64,000 bases of DNA from an uncultured Alphaproteobacteria bacterium (GCA_963794315.1 CAWCDF010000002.1:1103285-1167284), one strand, 5' to 3'; shown: positions 30,320 to 39,620, numbered from the stretch's first letter. Made by a program: numbers and translations. Notes: a model not told the origin generated them from the sequence alone.

Positions 30320-30391
30320 CTACATCGGCAGCCCGCGCGCCATCGCCTGGGCCGCCGTCGAGCGGGCGTAGGAAATGAAGACATCGGACAT
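30320..30391 (-). pseudogene. 23-aa TIR N-terminal stub (stub 3) that keeps its promoter and RBS
   Basis: MSDVFISYARSTAAQAMARGLPM*; upstream ~70 bp resembles that of stub 1. Confidence 0.75.
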
Positions 30392-30526
30392 GCTGGTGCG
30401 ACCCGCCTTCGGCCGCGGCGCGAGCCTAGCTATGCGGTGACGGCGGGGGCAAGGGAAAGCTCGCTGGAAGGGCGGGGCAGGCTAGGGTGGAGATGTCGCC
30501 CCTTCGCCGGAAGGCGCGCAACGGCG

Positions 30527-30800
30527 CTAGATCACCATAAGATCGTGGCCGACGATGATCTCGCATTTGAAGAACTGCGCCACCGCGGTGCGCCAGGCGG
30601 CATCGCTCACGCTCGCATTGCTCGGCCCCAGGTGCGAGAGCACCAGCGTCGTGACGCCGGCTTCCTGAGCGATCCGTCCGATGTCTTCCGGCGCCGAGTG
30701 GTTCGCTCGCATGTGGGCCATGATCGTCTCGCTCGAGTTGGGGGTGGCCCCCATCTGGACCTGGCCGCGCTCGAAGGCCTCGATCGCCTTGAAGACCCCT
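30527..30800 (-). pseudogene. C-terminal fragment of an RNase Z-like MBL-fold hydrolase
   Basis: HMRANHSAPEDIGRIAQEAGVTTLVLSHL...IIVGHDLMVI; no HxHxDH-bearing N-terminus and no room for it before ogt. Confidence 0.7.
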
Positions 30801-30875
30801 CCCACCCCGCGTCCACGACGGTGCGCGGGCAACTCGGAGGTGTAAAGCTTGTTCGGATCCGCGCCCCGAGTGGCG

Positions 30876-31415
30876 TCACGCCGCGAGCTTGAGCGCCGCT
30901 CCCTCGTGCGCCAGCAGCCAGCGCTTGCGCTCCAGGCCGCCGCCATAGCCGGTCAGCGAGCCGTCGGCGCCGATCACGCGGTGGCAGGGGACGACGAGGC
31001 CGATGGGGTTGGCGCCGTTCGCCAGCCCCACGGCGCGGACGGCGGTCGGGCGGCCGATCCGGTCGGCGAGGCCGCTGTAGCTCCAGGTCGTCCCGGCAGG
31101 GATGGTGCGCAGCGCCGCCCAGACCATTTGCTGGAATGGCGTGCCCGCCGTCGCGCAGGTGATCGCGTCGATCCGGCCGATCTCGCCGTCGAAGTAGGCC
31201 TCGAGCGCTGTGCTCAGCCCCTTCGGCGCCCGGTCGCGCTTCGGCGACACCGGCCCGTATTGGCGCACGAGCTGGCGCCGCATGCGCGGCTCGTATTCGC
31301 TCCAGTCGAACACGCGCAGCGCGCCTTGCGCGTCCCACATCACCAGCGCCTCGCCGATCGGCGTCGGCAGCCGGTCGAACGCCAGCCCCTCAGGCGGCTT
31401 CTTGGCGGTCGGCAT
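30876..31415 (-). CDS. ogt: Methylated-DNA-protein-cysteine methyltransferase
   Basis: GTPFQQMVW, RAVGLANGAN, VPCHRVIG, GYGGG. Confidence 0.95.
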   Translation of the reverse strand: MPTAKKPPEGLAFDRLPTPIGEALVMWDAQGALRVFDWSEYEPRMRRQLVRQYGPVSPKRDRAPKGLSTALEAYFDGEIGRIDAITCATAGTPFQQMVWAALRTIPAGTTWSYSGLADRIGRPTAVRAVGLANGANPIGLVVPCHRVIGADGSLTGYGGGLERKRWLLAHEGAALKLAA

Positions 31416-32900
31416 GGGTCTTCTCCTTGATCGGTTTAGCGGCCGCCAGATCGGCGGCCCACAGGTGCTGGGCGGCGTAGGCGCGCCACGGGCGCCAGGA
31501 TTCGGCGCGGGCGAGCAACGCCTGCGCGCTCGGGCGCACGCCATCCGCATCCGCCATCGCGCGCATCAGCCCGATGTCGGCGGCGGGGAAGGCGTCGGGC
31601 TCTCGAGCTGCCGCATGGCGATATACTGCGCCGTCCATTCGCCGACGCCGGGCAGCGCCGTCAGCCGCTTGATCGCGGTCGCAAGATCGCCGCGCGGGCC
31701 GAACAGGTCGGGGTCGGCGACGGCGGCCGCGGCCAGCGCCTCGAGCGCGCGCGAACGGGCGCGCGGCATCGGCAAGGCGGAAAGATCGACGCCGGCGAGC
31801 CGCGCGGCGCTCGGGAAGGCGTGGGTCAGGCCCCCGCAGCCCGGCGGCGCCTCGCAGATGGGCTCGCCATGCTCACTCGCGATGCGCGCGGCGAGGCCGA
31901 TCGCGGCGGCGACCGTGATCTGCTGACCGAGCACCGCGCGCACGGCGAGCTCGAAGCCGTCCCAGGCGCCCGGCACCCGCAGCCCCGGTCGCTCGGCGAC
32001 GAGCGGCGCAAGGGTCGGATCTTCGGCCAGGTGCGCGCCGATCGTCACCGGATCGGCGGCGAGGTCGAACACACGCCGGACGCGGGCGATGATCGCCGGC
32101 AGCTGGTCGAGCTTCGGGAAGGCGACCGTCACGCTCAGCCGGTCCTCGTCCCGCGCTGGCCTGACGCTGATTGCGCCCCGCGCGCCGGCCAGCTCGATCG
32201 CCCGCGCATAGACGCCGTCTCTGACCACCTCGACGCCGGGGATCGCGCGGGGGCCGAGGAACGCCAGCATCGCCGGCCAGTCGTAGGGCGAGCGATAGGC
32301 AAGTTTCAGGGTCACGGCGCCGGCGGCGGGCTCGTCCGGTCCGCTCGTGCGGCGAAGCGCGCGCGGCGGTCGGTCATAGAGCTGCTGGAAGGTCTCGTTG
32401 AAGCGCCGCACGCTGCCGAAGCCGGCGGCCAGCGCGACCTGCGCCATCGGCAGGCGGGTCTCGTGGATCAGCTGCTTGGCCAACAGCACGCGCCGGGTCT
32501 GCGCGACGGCGAGCGGCGATGCGCCGAGATGCTGGCGAAACAGCCGGCGCAGCTGGCGCTCGCCGACGCCGAGCCGGGCAGCCAGAGCATCGACGTCGCT
32601 TTCGTCGAGCGCCCCCGCCTCGATCAGCCGCAGCGCGCGCGAAACCGTGTTCGAGGCGCCGCGCCAGGCGCCGAGGTCGGGCGAGGTCTCCGGGCGACAG
32701 CGCAGGCAGGGCCGAAGGCCGGCCGCCTGCGCGGCCGCGGCGCTGACGTAGAAGGCGACGTTCTCGCGCTTGGGCGTGCGGGCCGGACAGATCGGCCGGC
32801 AATAGATGCCGGTCGTGCGCACGCCGACAAACAGCCTGCCGTCGAAGCGGGGGTCGCGCGTCTGGATGGCGCGATAGCAGGCGTCTGGGTCGAGATCCAT
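31390..32900 (-). CDS. alkA: Ada metal-binding/AraC - AlkA DNA-3-methyladenine glycosylase fusion, frameshift near 31600
   Basis: TTGIYCRPIC, RPCLRC, GFGSVRRFN, AVLGQQ, LPGVGEWTA; then PDAFPAAD, WRPWRAYA. Confidence 0.92.
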
Positions 32901-32996
32901 GCCTGCAGGATGGGCGCAAGGGCGGCTTAAGTCTCGCGGTTTTCGGACTCCTAGGGCGCGCCCGGCACAGTCTTTGCGGTTAGTGGTCGGTCAACC

Positions 32997-33431
32997 ATGG
33001 ATGGAGACAATGGTCGCATGACGCTGCTCGCCCCGCCCAGCCTCGGTCGCCGCGCAATCGACCTCGGCCACTTAAGTCCCGCCAAGTACGGTGGCGCCGA
33101 GCGCCGCACGGGTCTCGCCCGGCGCGTCGACCTCCGCGCCCGCTCGCTGATGTCAGGCAAGCTGATCGTCGGCGATTGTCAGATGAGCATCGACTGCGTC
33201 ATCCGGAACCTGTCGTCGCGTGGCGCGCGGGTCAACGTTCCACGCAGCATCGACCTGCCCGGCGCGGTCGGCCTCCTGATCGTCCGCGAGGCGCTGTATT
33301 GCGAAGCCACGGTCGCCTGGCGCAACGGCGACCTGACCGGCCTCGCCTTCCGCGCGCGGCACGACCTCAGGAAGGACACCGACCCCGTCCGCCGCGGCGT
33401 CCGCGCGCTGTGGTCGGCGATGGTCTACTAG
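32997..33431 (+). CDS. PilZ-domain protein
   Basis: ERRTGLARR (RxxxR-like) and NLSSRG (D/NxSxxG). Confidence 0.8.
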   Translation: MDGDNGRMTLLAPPSLGRRAIDLGHLSPAKYGGAERRTGLARRVDLRARSLMSGKLIVGDCQMSIDCVIRNLSSRGARVNVPRSIDLPGAVGLLIVREALYCEATVAWRNGDLTGLAFRARHDLRKDTDPVRRGVRALWSAMVY

Positions 33432-33457
33432 GCGCGCCCCTAGGGCGTCGCGGTCGG

Positions 33458-33517
33458 CGCTCGATCCGCGGTTAAACTCGCTTGTGCGCTTTGGTCTTCG
33501 CAGCCGCGGGATGAGCG
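33458..33517. repeat. Imperfect hairpin with family A-like ends between convergent genes
   Basis: CGCTCGATCCGCGGTT ... AGCCGCGGGATGAGCG. Confidence 0.4.
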
Positions 33518-33522
33518 GGCGC

Positions 33523-34680
33523 CTAGATCAAATTCCTTGCCGCGAGCGAGCGCATCAGGTCGCGCAGGCCGAACGTCCACGGCGGCGCAGTATCGGACGT
33601 GGTGACGCGATTGATCAGGGCCCCCAGCTTCGGCGAACTGATCGTGACGTGGTCACCGCGCTTGTGCGTGAAGCCCTCGCCGGCCGCATCGCGATCCTGG
33701 GTGGGGGCGAACAGCGTGCCCAGGAACAGCATCAGCCCGTCGGGATATTGATGGCTCTCGTTCAGCGTCTGGGCGACGAGGTCGGCCGGATCGCGGCTGA
33801 TCTCCGCCATCGAGCTTCGACCCTCGAGGCGGAAGTTGTCCTCGCCCTCGACCACGAGCGAAAGTTCCGCGGCGCGGACGTCATCGAGGCCGAAGCTTGA
33901 GTCGAACAGCCGCACGAACGGCCCGATCGCGCATGAGGCGTTGTTGTCCTTGGCTTTCGAGAGCAGGAGCGCGCTTCGCCCCTCGAAGTCGCGCAGGTTG
34001 ACGTCGTTGCCGAGGCTCGCGCCGACGATTGCGCCGCGCGAAGAGCAGGCGAGCACGATCTCGGGCTCCGGGTTGTTCCACACCGACTTGGGGTGCAGCC
34101 CGATCTGGGCGCCGAAGCCGACGGCCGACAGCGGCTGGGCCTTGGTGAAAACCTCCGCGTCCGGCCCGATTCCGACCTCGAGGTACTGGGACCAAAGCCC
34201 CTCCCGCTGCAGCAGCGTCTTCGCCTGCGCGGCCTCGGGCGATCCCGGCTTGAGCCCGCGGATGTCGCCGAGCAGCCCGCGGAGCTCATCGCGCACCTTG
34301 GCTGCGGCCGCCGGGTCGCCCTTCGCCCGCTCCTCGATGACCCGCTCGACGAGGCTGGCCGCGAATGTGACGCCCGCCGCCTTCAGCGCTTGCAGATCGC
34401 AGGGCGCGAGCAGCCGAAAGTCCTCCGCCGGAGCGGCGACCGACGCAGTCAGCGCCGTCTCGAGAGAGCACAGGCGCTCGCCAGAGTGGGCGGCGACGCT
34501 CGCCGCTGGGTCGGGCAGGTCGAAGAGATCGCTCAGCGTCGGGGCGAGGCGCGAGAGGTCGAACAGCCCGTCTTCGCGGACGACGACCGTTCTCGGGCCG
34601 GCGACCGGGCTTGAGACCCAGCTCCGTCCAACCAGCGTCCCGGAGAAACCATCCGTCGGCAGAATATCGGCGACGTTCAT
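33523..34680 (-). CDS. FAH-family protein, XylX/KdxD-like 2-keto-3-deoxy-pentonate dehydratase
   Basis: DLQALKAAGVTFAASLVERVIEE, WSQYLEVGIGPDAEVFTK, WNNPEPE, GNDVNLRD, AKDNNAS. Confidence 0.85.
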   Translation of the reverse strand: MNVADILPTDGFSGTLVGRSWVSSPVAGPRTVVVREDGLFDLSRLAPTLSDLFDLPDPAASVAAHSGERLCSLETALTASVAAPAEDFRLLAPCDLQALKAAGVTFAASLVERVIEERAKGDPAAAAKVRDELRGLLGDIRGLKPGSPEAAQAKTLLQREGLWSQYLEVGIGPDAEVFTKAQPLSAVGFGAQIGLHPKSVWNNPEPEIVLACSSRGAIVGASLGNDVNLRDFEGRSALLLSKAKDNNASCAIGPFVRLFDSSFGLDDVRAAELSLVVEGEDNFRLEGRSSMAEISRDPADLVAQTLNESHQYPDGLMLFLGTLFAPTQDRDAAGEGFTHKRGDHVTISSPKLGALINRVTTSDTAPPWTFGLRDLMRSLAARNLI

Positions 34681-35511
34681 GCGCGATCCAGCCCGTAGAA
34701 CACGCTGGCGGTCTGGCCGAAGATCGCGGCCCGCTCGTCATCCGAGCGACCGGCCAGCAGCGTCTCCGCGGCGGTCCGCCAGCTCGCGTAGGAGCCGGCC
34801 AGGTTCACCACCGGCCAGTCCGATCCCCACATCAGCCGGTCGGCGCCGAACGCCTCCAGCAGAACCTCGACATAGGGCCTCAGCTGCTCGGCCGACCAGC
34901 CGGGGCCGGCCTCGGTGATCAGTCCGGAAAGCTTGCACACCAGCCGGGTCTCGGCGGCGATCGCGCCGATGTCGCGCGCCCAGCTGTCGAGCGCCCCGGC
35001 GGCAATGTCCGGTTTGGCCGCATGGTCGATGACGATGTCGAGGCCGGGATAGCGGTGCGCGAATTCGCTTAAGGTCGGCAGGTGGCGCGGAAAGACCAGC
35101 GCATCGAACGTCAGGCCCTCTTCGGCCATGGCCTGCAGCGCCGGGCGCGATGTCCTCGCGCAGCATCCAGCGGTCGTCGGCCATGTCCTGAATCATCGGC
35201 CTTAGGCCCACGAGGTTCGGGCGCGCGGCGAGCGCCGCGATCCGATGGGCGGCGTCCGGCGCCTCGAAGTCGACCCAACCGACCACGCCGGCCACGAGTG
35301 GCTCCTCTTCGGCGAGCTCGAGCAGGAAATCGGTCTCCGCCTCCGTTGGCGCCGCCTGCACCAGCACCGTGCGCTCGACGCCCGCCGCCCGGGTTAGCGG
35401 GCGAAGGGCGGCGGGTCCGAAGTCGCGGTGGATAGGCGCAAGCTCGGGCGTCAGCCAACCGTAGTCCCCGCGCGACAGGCGCCAGAAGTGCTGGTGGGCG
35501 TCGACTTGCAT
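34677..35511 (-). CDS. Amidohydrolase_2, L-fuconolactonase-like sugar lactonase, frameshift near 35140
   Basis: VDAHQHFW, VLVQA, VVGWVD; then IDHAAKP, CKLSGL, MWGSDWPV. Confidence 0.85.
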
Positions 35512-35513
35512 GC

Positions 35514-35948
35514 TCAAGGCTCCGGCCGCACCACGCCCTTCTTCAGGATCAGGTTGCCGTACAGGCGGGTCTCGCCGCTGGCCACGATTGCGAACGCCTC
35601 GCGCGCCCTGACGTAGAAGGCATGGCGCTCTATCGCCTCGATGGGTCCGGCGTAGCCGTTCGCTTCAAGCGCGCGCGCAAAGTCGTTCGCGATGGCGGGA
35701 ACCTCGTTCGGCGCATCGACGACCGCCATGCGGAAGGCGGCGGCCGGGACGAAGTCGTCCAGCGGCATCAGCGCGGCGATGGCCCCCGCCAGGCGCACCG
35801 CGTCGATCCCGTCGGCGCGCACGAGCCGCCTCGCGTTGGCGGCGGCGGGAAAGTTCGCGTCAGCGATCACGATCTCGTCGCCGTGGCCCATGGCGCGCAG
35901 GATCGCGAGCAGCTTCGGCCCCAGGACCGGGTCGATCCCCTTCAGCAT
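35514..35948 (-). CDS. RbsD/FucU-family mutarotase
   Basis: MLKGID...MGHGDEIVIADANFP...FY...YGNLILKKG. Confidence 0.92.
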   Translation of the reverse strand: MLKGIDPVLGPKLLAILRAMGHGDEIVIADANFPAAANARRLVRADGIDAVRLAGAIAALMPLDDFVPAAAFRMAVVDAPNEVPAIANDFARALEANGYAGPIEAIERHAFYVRAREAFAIVASGETRLYGNLILKKGVVRPEP

Positions 35949-35953
35949 GGGCT

Positions 35954-36991
35954 CTAGGCCTCTATCGGCGTCGGCGCATCCAGGCTCATCAGCCCCGCGC
36001 GCTTCAGGTCGCGCCACAGCGTGTCCGGGATCGGCGCGCGCAGCAAGTCTGCGTTGTCGAACACCTCGGCGGGCGTCTGGCCGCCGGGAATGACGCAGAC
36101 AACCGAGGGATGGCCGAGCGGGAACTGCAGGGCGGCCTGCGCCAGACGAACACCGTGCGTCGCGCAGACGGCTTCGATCAGGTCGGTGCGCTCTAGCACC
36201 TCGCGCGGCGCTGGCGCGTAGTTGTACACGGCCCCGGGCGCGGCGCCGGTCGCCAAGAGGCCACTGTTGAACGGGCCGCCGACCACCACGCCGATCCCCT
36301 TGGCGGCGCAAGTCGGCAAGAGGCTGATCAGCGCGTCCTGCTCGAGCAGGGTGTAGCGTCCGGCGAGCAGGAAGATGTCGGGGTCGGCCAGCTCCAGCAG
36401 GCGCATGCACGGCTCCCACGCGTTGACGCCGGCTCCGATCGCGGCCACGTCGCCGGCCGCGCGCAGCTCGTCCAGCGCCCGCCAGCCGCCCTGGTCGATC
36501 AGCTCGCGGGTGCGCGCCTCGGCCGCCTCTGGCGAGCCGTGGGTCATGGCGTCGATGTCGTGGACATAGAGGATGTCGACGCGGCCCAGGCCGAGTCGGG
36601 CGAGGCTCTCCTCGTACGAGCGCATCACGCCGTCATAGGAGTAGTCGAACCGCACCCTGAACGGCGGCACGCCCTCATAGATGCCGCTCGCTTCCTCGCC
36701 CGGCGCGCAGGGCTCGAGTAGCCGGCCGACCTTGGTCGACAGCAGGAAGGCGTCGCGCGGTTTGTCGCGAAGAACGGCGCCGGTGCGGCGCTCGGCCAGG
36801 CCGTGGCCGTAGAGCGGGGCGGTGTCGAAGTAGCGGCCGCCGCGCTCCCAGGCGCTGGCGACCGTCGCCTCGGCCTCGGCGTCGCTCATCACCCTGCGCA
36901 TGTTGCCGATCGGCGCCGTTCCAAAGCCCAGGGCCGTGAACGTGAGCCTCCGGCCCGCCTTGGTGGTCAGGTCGCGCGTCGGGAGGCTCAT
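35954..36991 (-). CDS. Aldo/keto reductase, D-threo-aldose (L-fucose/D-arabinose) 1-dehydrogenase-like
   Basis: GFGTAPIGN, FDTAPLYGHG, STKVGR, FDYSYDG, VHD, LAGRYTLL. Confidence 0.85.
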   Translation of the reverse strand: MSLPTRDLTTKAGRRLTFTALGFGTAPIGNMRRVMSDAEAEATVASAWERGGRYFDTAPLYGHGLAERRTGAVLRDKPRDAFLLSTKVGRLLEPCAPGEEASGIYEGVPPFRVRFDYSYDGVMRSYEESLARLGLGRVDILYVHDIDAMTHGSPEAAEARTRELIDQGGWRALDELRAAGDVAAIGAGVNAWEPCMRLLELADPDIFLLAGRYTLLEQDALISLLPTCAAKGIGVVVGGPFNSGLLATGAAPGAVYNYAPAPREVLERTDLIEAVCATHGVRLAQAALQFPLGHPSVVCVIPGGQTPAEVFDNADLLRAPIPDTLWRDLKRAGLMSLDAPTPIEA

Positions 36992-37063
36992 TGCGGGCGT
37001 ACGCTGGCTGACTCGAGAGACGATGGCCGAGCTTTGAGCGGTGAAACATTACCGGGTCAACAC

Positions 37064-37090
37064 CGATCAGCCGCGATCAGCAACGATCAT
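37064..37090. promoter_or_regulatory. Three 10-bp-phased CGATCA repeats in the divergent AKR/ALDH promoter
   Basis: CGATCAG at 37064, CGATCAG at 37074, CGATCAT at 37084. Confidence 0.65.
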
Positions 37091-37133
37091 GGCGTTGAAA
37101 TCGCGGTCCCTGCAGCCCAAAGTGCCGCGGCCC

Positions 37134-38558
37134 ATGCCGCTCGACATCACCGCCATCATCGACGGGACGCCGCGAGACGCCGCGCTGGCGCTCGAGCAGT
37201 GCAATCCGGCCGATCCGGCCGAGGTCGTCACCCGCCTGCCGGAGAGCGGCGCCGCTCTGGTCGCCGAGGCCGCAGAAGCCGCGCGCGCGGCGCTGCCTGG
37301 GCTCGCGCCCATCGAGGCGCGCGCCGACGCCCTCGACCGGATCGGCGCCGCCCTGGCCGCGGAGGCCGGCGCGCTCGCGGCGCTGATCGCCCGCGAGACG
37401 GGCAAGACGATCACCGACGCCGCGGGCGAGGTGATGCGGGCATCGAGACTCTTCCGCTTCTTCGCCGGCGAGGCGTTGCGGGTCGTCGGCGAGCGCTTCG
37501 ACTCCGTTCGGCCGGGCGTGACCGTCGAGGTGGCCTACGAGCCGGTCGGCGTGGTGGGCGCGATCACGCCCTGGAACTTCCCGATCGCCATTCCGGCGTG
37601 GAAGATCGCGCCGGCGATCGCCTTCGGCAACGCCGTGGTCTGGAAGCCGTCGGAGCATGCGACGGCGACCGGCGCGGCCCTCATGCGCGTCATCGCCGCC
37701 GCCGGGCTGCCGGCGGGCGCGGTCAACCTGGTCCCAGGCGCCGCCGCGACCGGCGCGGCGCTGGTCGAGGCGGCGGAGATCGACGCGATCTCCTTCACCG
37801 GCTCGGAGGCGACGGGCCGCGGCGTTCGCATCGCCGCCGCCACCCGCGGCGCCCGCGTGCAGACGGAGATGGGCGGGGTGAACGGGCTCGTCGTCCTGGC
37901 CGACGCCGACCTCGATCTGGCGACCGAGACCCTGGTGAACGGCGCCTTCTTCGCCGCCGGCCAGCGCTGCACGGCGACGTCGCGGGTGATCGTCGAGGAG
38001 AGCGTTGCCGACGTGCTCATCGAACGGGTGCAGGCGCGGGTCGCCCGGCTCAAGGTGGGCGACCCGGCCGACAAGGCGACCGAGATTGGGCCGCTGGTGT
38101 CTGCGAAGCAGAAGGCGGCCGTCCTCGCCGGCGTCGAGGCGATGCGTCGCGCCGGGCGGCAAGCCGTCGTCTCCGGCCGCGCCGAGGCGCCGGCCTGCTT
38201 CGTCGATCCGGTGCTGTTCGACCATGTAGGGCCGGGCGACCTGGTGGCGCGCGAGGAAGTGTTCGGGCCGGTTGCGGGCCTGATCCGCGTCTCCGGCTAC
38301 GACCAGGCGCTCGCCGTCCTCAACGACGTGCGCTTCGGCCTTTGCGCCGGCATCTGCACCACCTCGCTGAAATACGCCGAGCACTTCAAGCGGAGCGCGC
38401 GGGTGGGGATGGTCATGGTCAACCTCCCGACCGCCGGCGTCGACTACCATGCGCCCTTCGGCGGCATGAAAGCCTCCAGCTACGGCGCCCGCGAACAAGG
38501 CCGCTCGGCGCGGGAGTTCTTCACGGCTACGAAGACGGTCTACCAGCGCGCGGGTTAG
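37134..38558 (+). CDS. Aldehyde dehydrogenase, 2-ketoglutarate semialdehyde dehydrogenase-like
   Basis: ITPWNFP, FTGS, EMGG, GQRCTATSR, EEVFGP, NLPTAGVDYHAPFGG. Confidence 0.88.
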   Translation: MPLDITAIIDGTPRDAALALEQCNPADPAEVVTRLPESGAALVAEAAEAARAALPGLAPIEARADALDRIGAALAAEAGALAALIARETGKTITDAAGEVMRASRLFRFFAGEALRVVGERFDSVRPGVTVEVAYEPVGVVGAITPWNFPIAIPAWKIAPAIAFGNAVVWKPSEHATATGAALMRVIAAAGLPAGAVNLVPGAAATGAALVEAAEIDAISFTGSEATGRGVRIAAATRGARVQTEMGGVNGLVVLADADLDLATETLVNGAFFAAGQRCTATSRVIVEESVADVLIERVQARVARLKVGDPADKATEIGPLVSAKQKAAVLAGVEAMRRAGRQAVVSGRAEAPACFVDPVLFDHVGPGDLVAREEVFGPVAGLIRVSGYDQALAVLNDVRFGLCAGICTTSLKYAEHFKRSARVGMVMVNLPTAGVDYHAPFGGMKASSYGAREQGRSAREFFTATKTVYQRAG

Positions 38559-38576
38559 GCCACGCCCCACCAACTT

Positions 38577-38675
38577 CCGTCATCCCCCGCTGTAGCGAAG
38601 CGGAGTGCGGGGGACCCATGAACACTCACGTTGCGCGGTGATCATGGGTGGCCCGAACGAGTCGGGCCATGACGA
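38577..38675. repeat. Multi-hairpin REP/RIME-like element (family A, copy 2)
   Basis: Same layout as 13596-13694, with compensatory substitutions. Confidence 0.85.
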
Positions 38676-38687
38676 TGATTTGCAGGA

Positions 38688-39620
38688 TCAATCCGCCGGC
38701 GGTTGCGGACGACCCGCCGCCATCTGCGCCAGGATCTGCCGCTGGCGCTCGGCGTTGTCTGGGCGGACCCAGGGCTTGGTGATCTCCTCGATCCCGCGCC
38801 AGGCATAGGGGTCCTCGCCGGCGATCATGACGATGTCGCGCACGTCGGGCCGCGCCTTCGTCCCGCCCAGCGTCCACGGCAGCATCGACTCCGCCGACAT
38901 GTAGTGGGTGACGAGCGCGCGCCGGAACCCTGCCTTCGCCCGGTTGGGCAGCGAGCGGTGCAGCACGTAGCCGTTGAAGAAAGCGACCCCGCCGGCCTTC
39001 ACCTCGACCGCCGCGCCGCCCTCGCGATCATAGCCGTGACCCCAGGCTTCCTCGGCGCCGTCGAAGCGGTCGTCGCCGTGCGGCTTGATCGGATAGAGCA
39101 CGCCGGGCGCCTGCGAGCCCGGGTGCATCCACATGCAGCCGTTCTCGATCACCGCGTCGTCGAGCGCGATCCAGGCGCCGCAGAGCGAGCGGTCGCGGGT
39201 CGGGATGTAGTGCTCGTCCTGGTGCCAGGCCTGACCGGGCTTTCCCGGCCGCTTGACGAACACCATGGTCTGCATGGCCTTCACGTTCGGGCTGATCAGG
39301 CTCTTCAGGATCGGGACGATGCGCGGGTGCGCCATCGTCGCCCGCACCAGCGGCGAGATCTTGTGCGGCATGTGGATGGCGAGGATCTCGCCGACCAGCG
39401 CCTCGTCCGAGCGGCCATCGCGAGGTTCGGCGCCGGCGATCTCGCCTCGCTCGCCCAGCGCGATCGCCACGATCTCGGCGCGCAGAGCCTCCACCTCGTC
39501 GGCGCTGAGCAGGCCCTCGACGGTGACGAAGCCGTCGCGTTCGTAGGCGGTCCTCAGCGCGCCAAGGTCGGCCACGTCCGCGACATCGGACTTGGCGCTT
39601 GATCTGGCCTCATCGAGCAT
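38688..39620 (-). CDS. PhyH-family Fe(II)/2OG dioxygenase no. 3
   Basis: WHQD, AWIALDD, ENGCM, FFNGYVLHRS...FRR. Confidence 0.9.
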   Translation of the reverse strand: MLDEARSSAKSDVADVADLGALRTAYERDGFVTVEGLLSADEVEALRAEIVAIALGERGEIAGAEPRDGRSDEALVGEILAIHMPHKISPLVRATMAHPRIVPILKSLISPNVKAMQTMVFVKRPGKPGQAWHQDEHYIPTRDRSLCGAWIALDDAVIENGCMWMHPGSQAPGVLYPIKPHGDDRFDGAEEAWGHGYDREGGAAVEVKAGGVAFFNGYVLHRSLPNRAKAGFRRALVTHYMSAESMLPWTLGGTKARPDVRDIVMIAGEDPYAWRGIEEITKPWVRPDNAERQRQILAQMAAGRPQPPAD

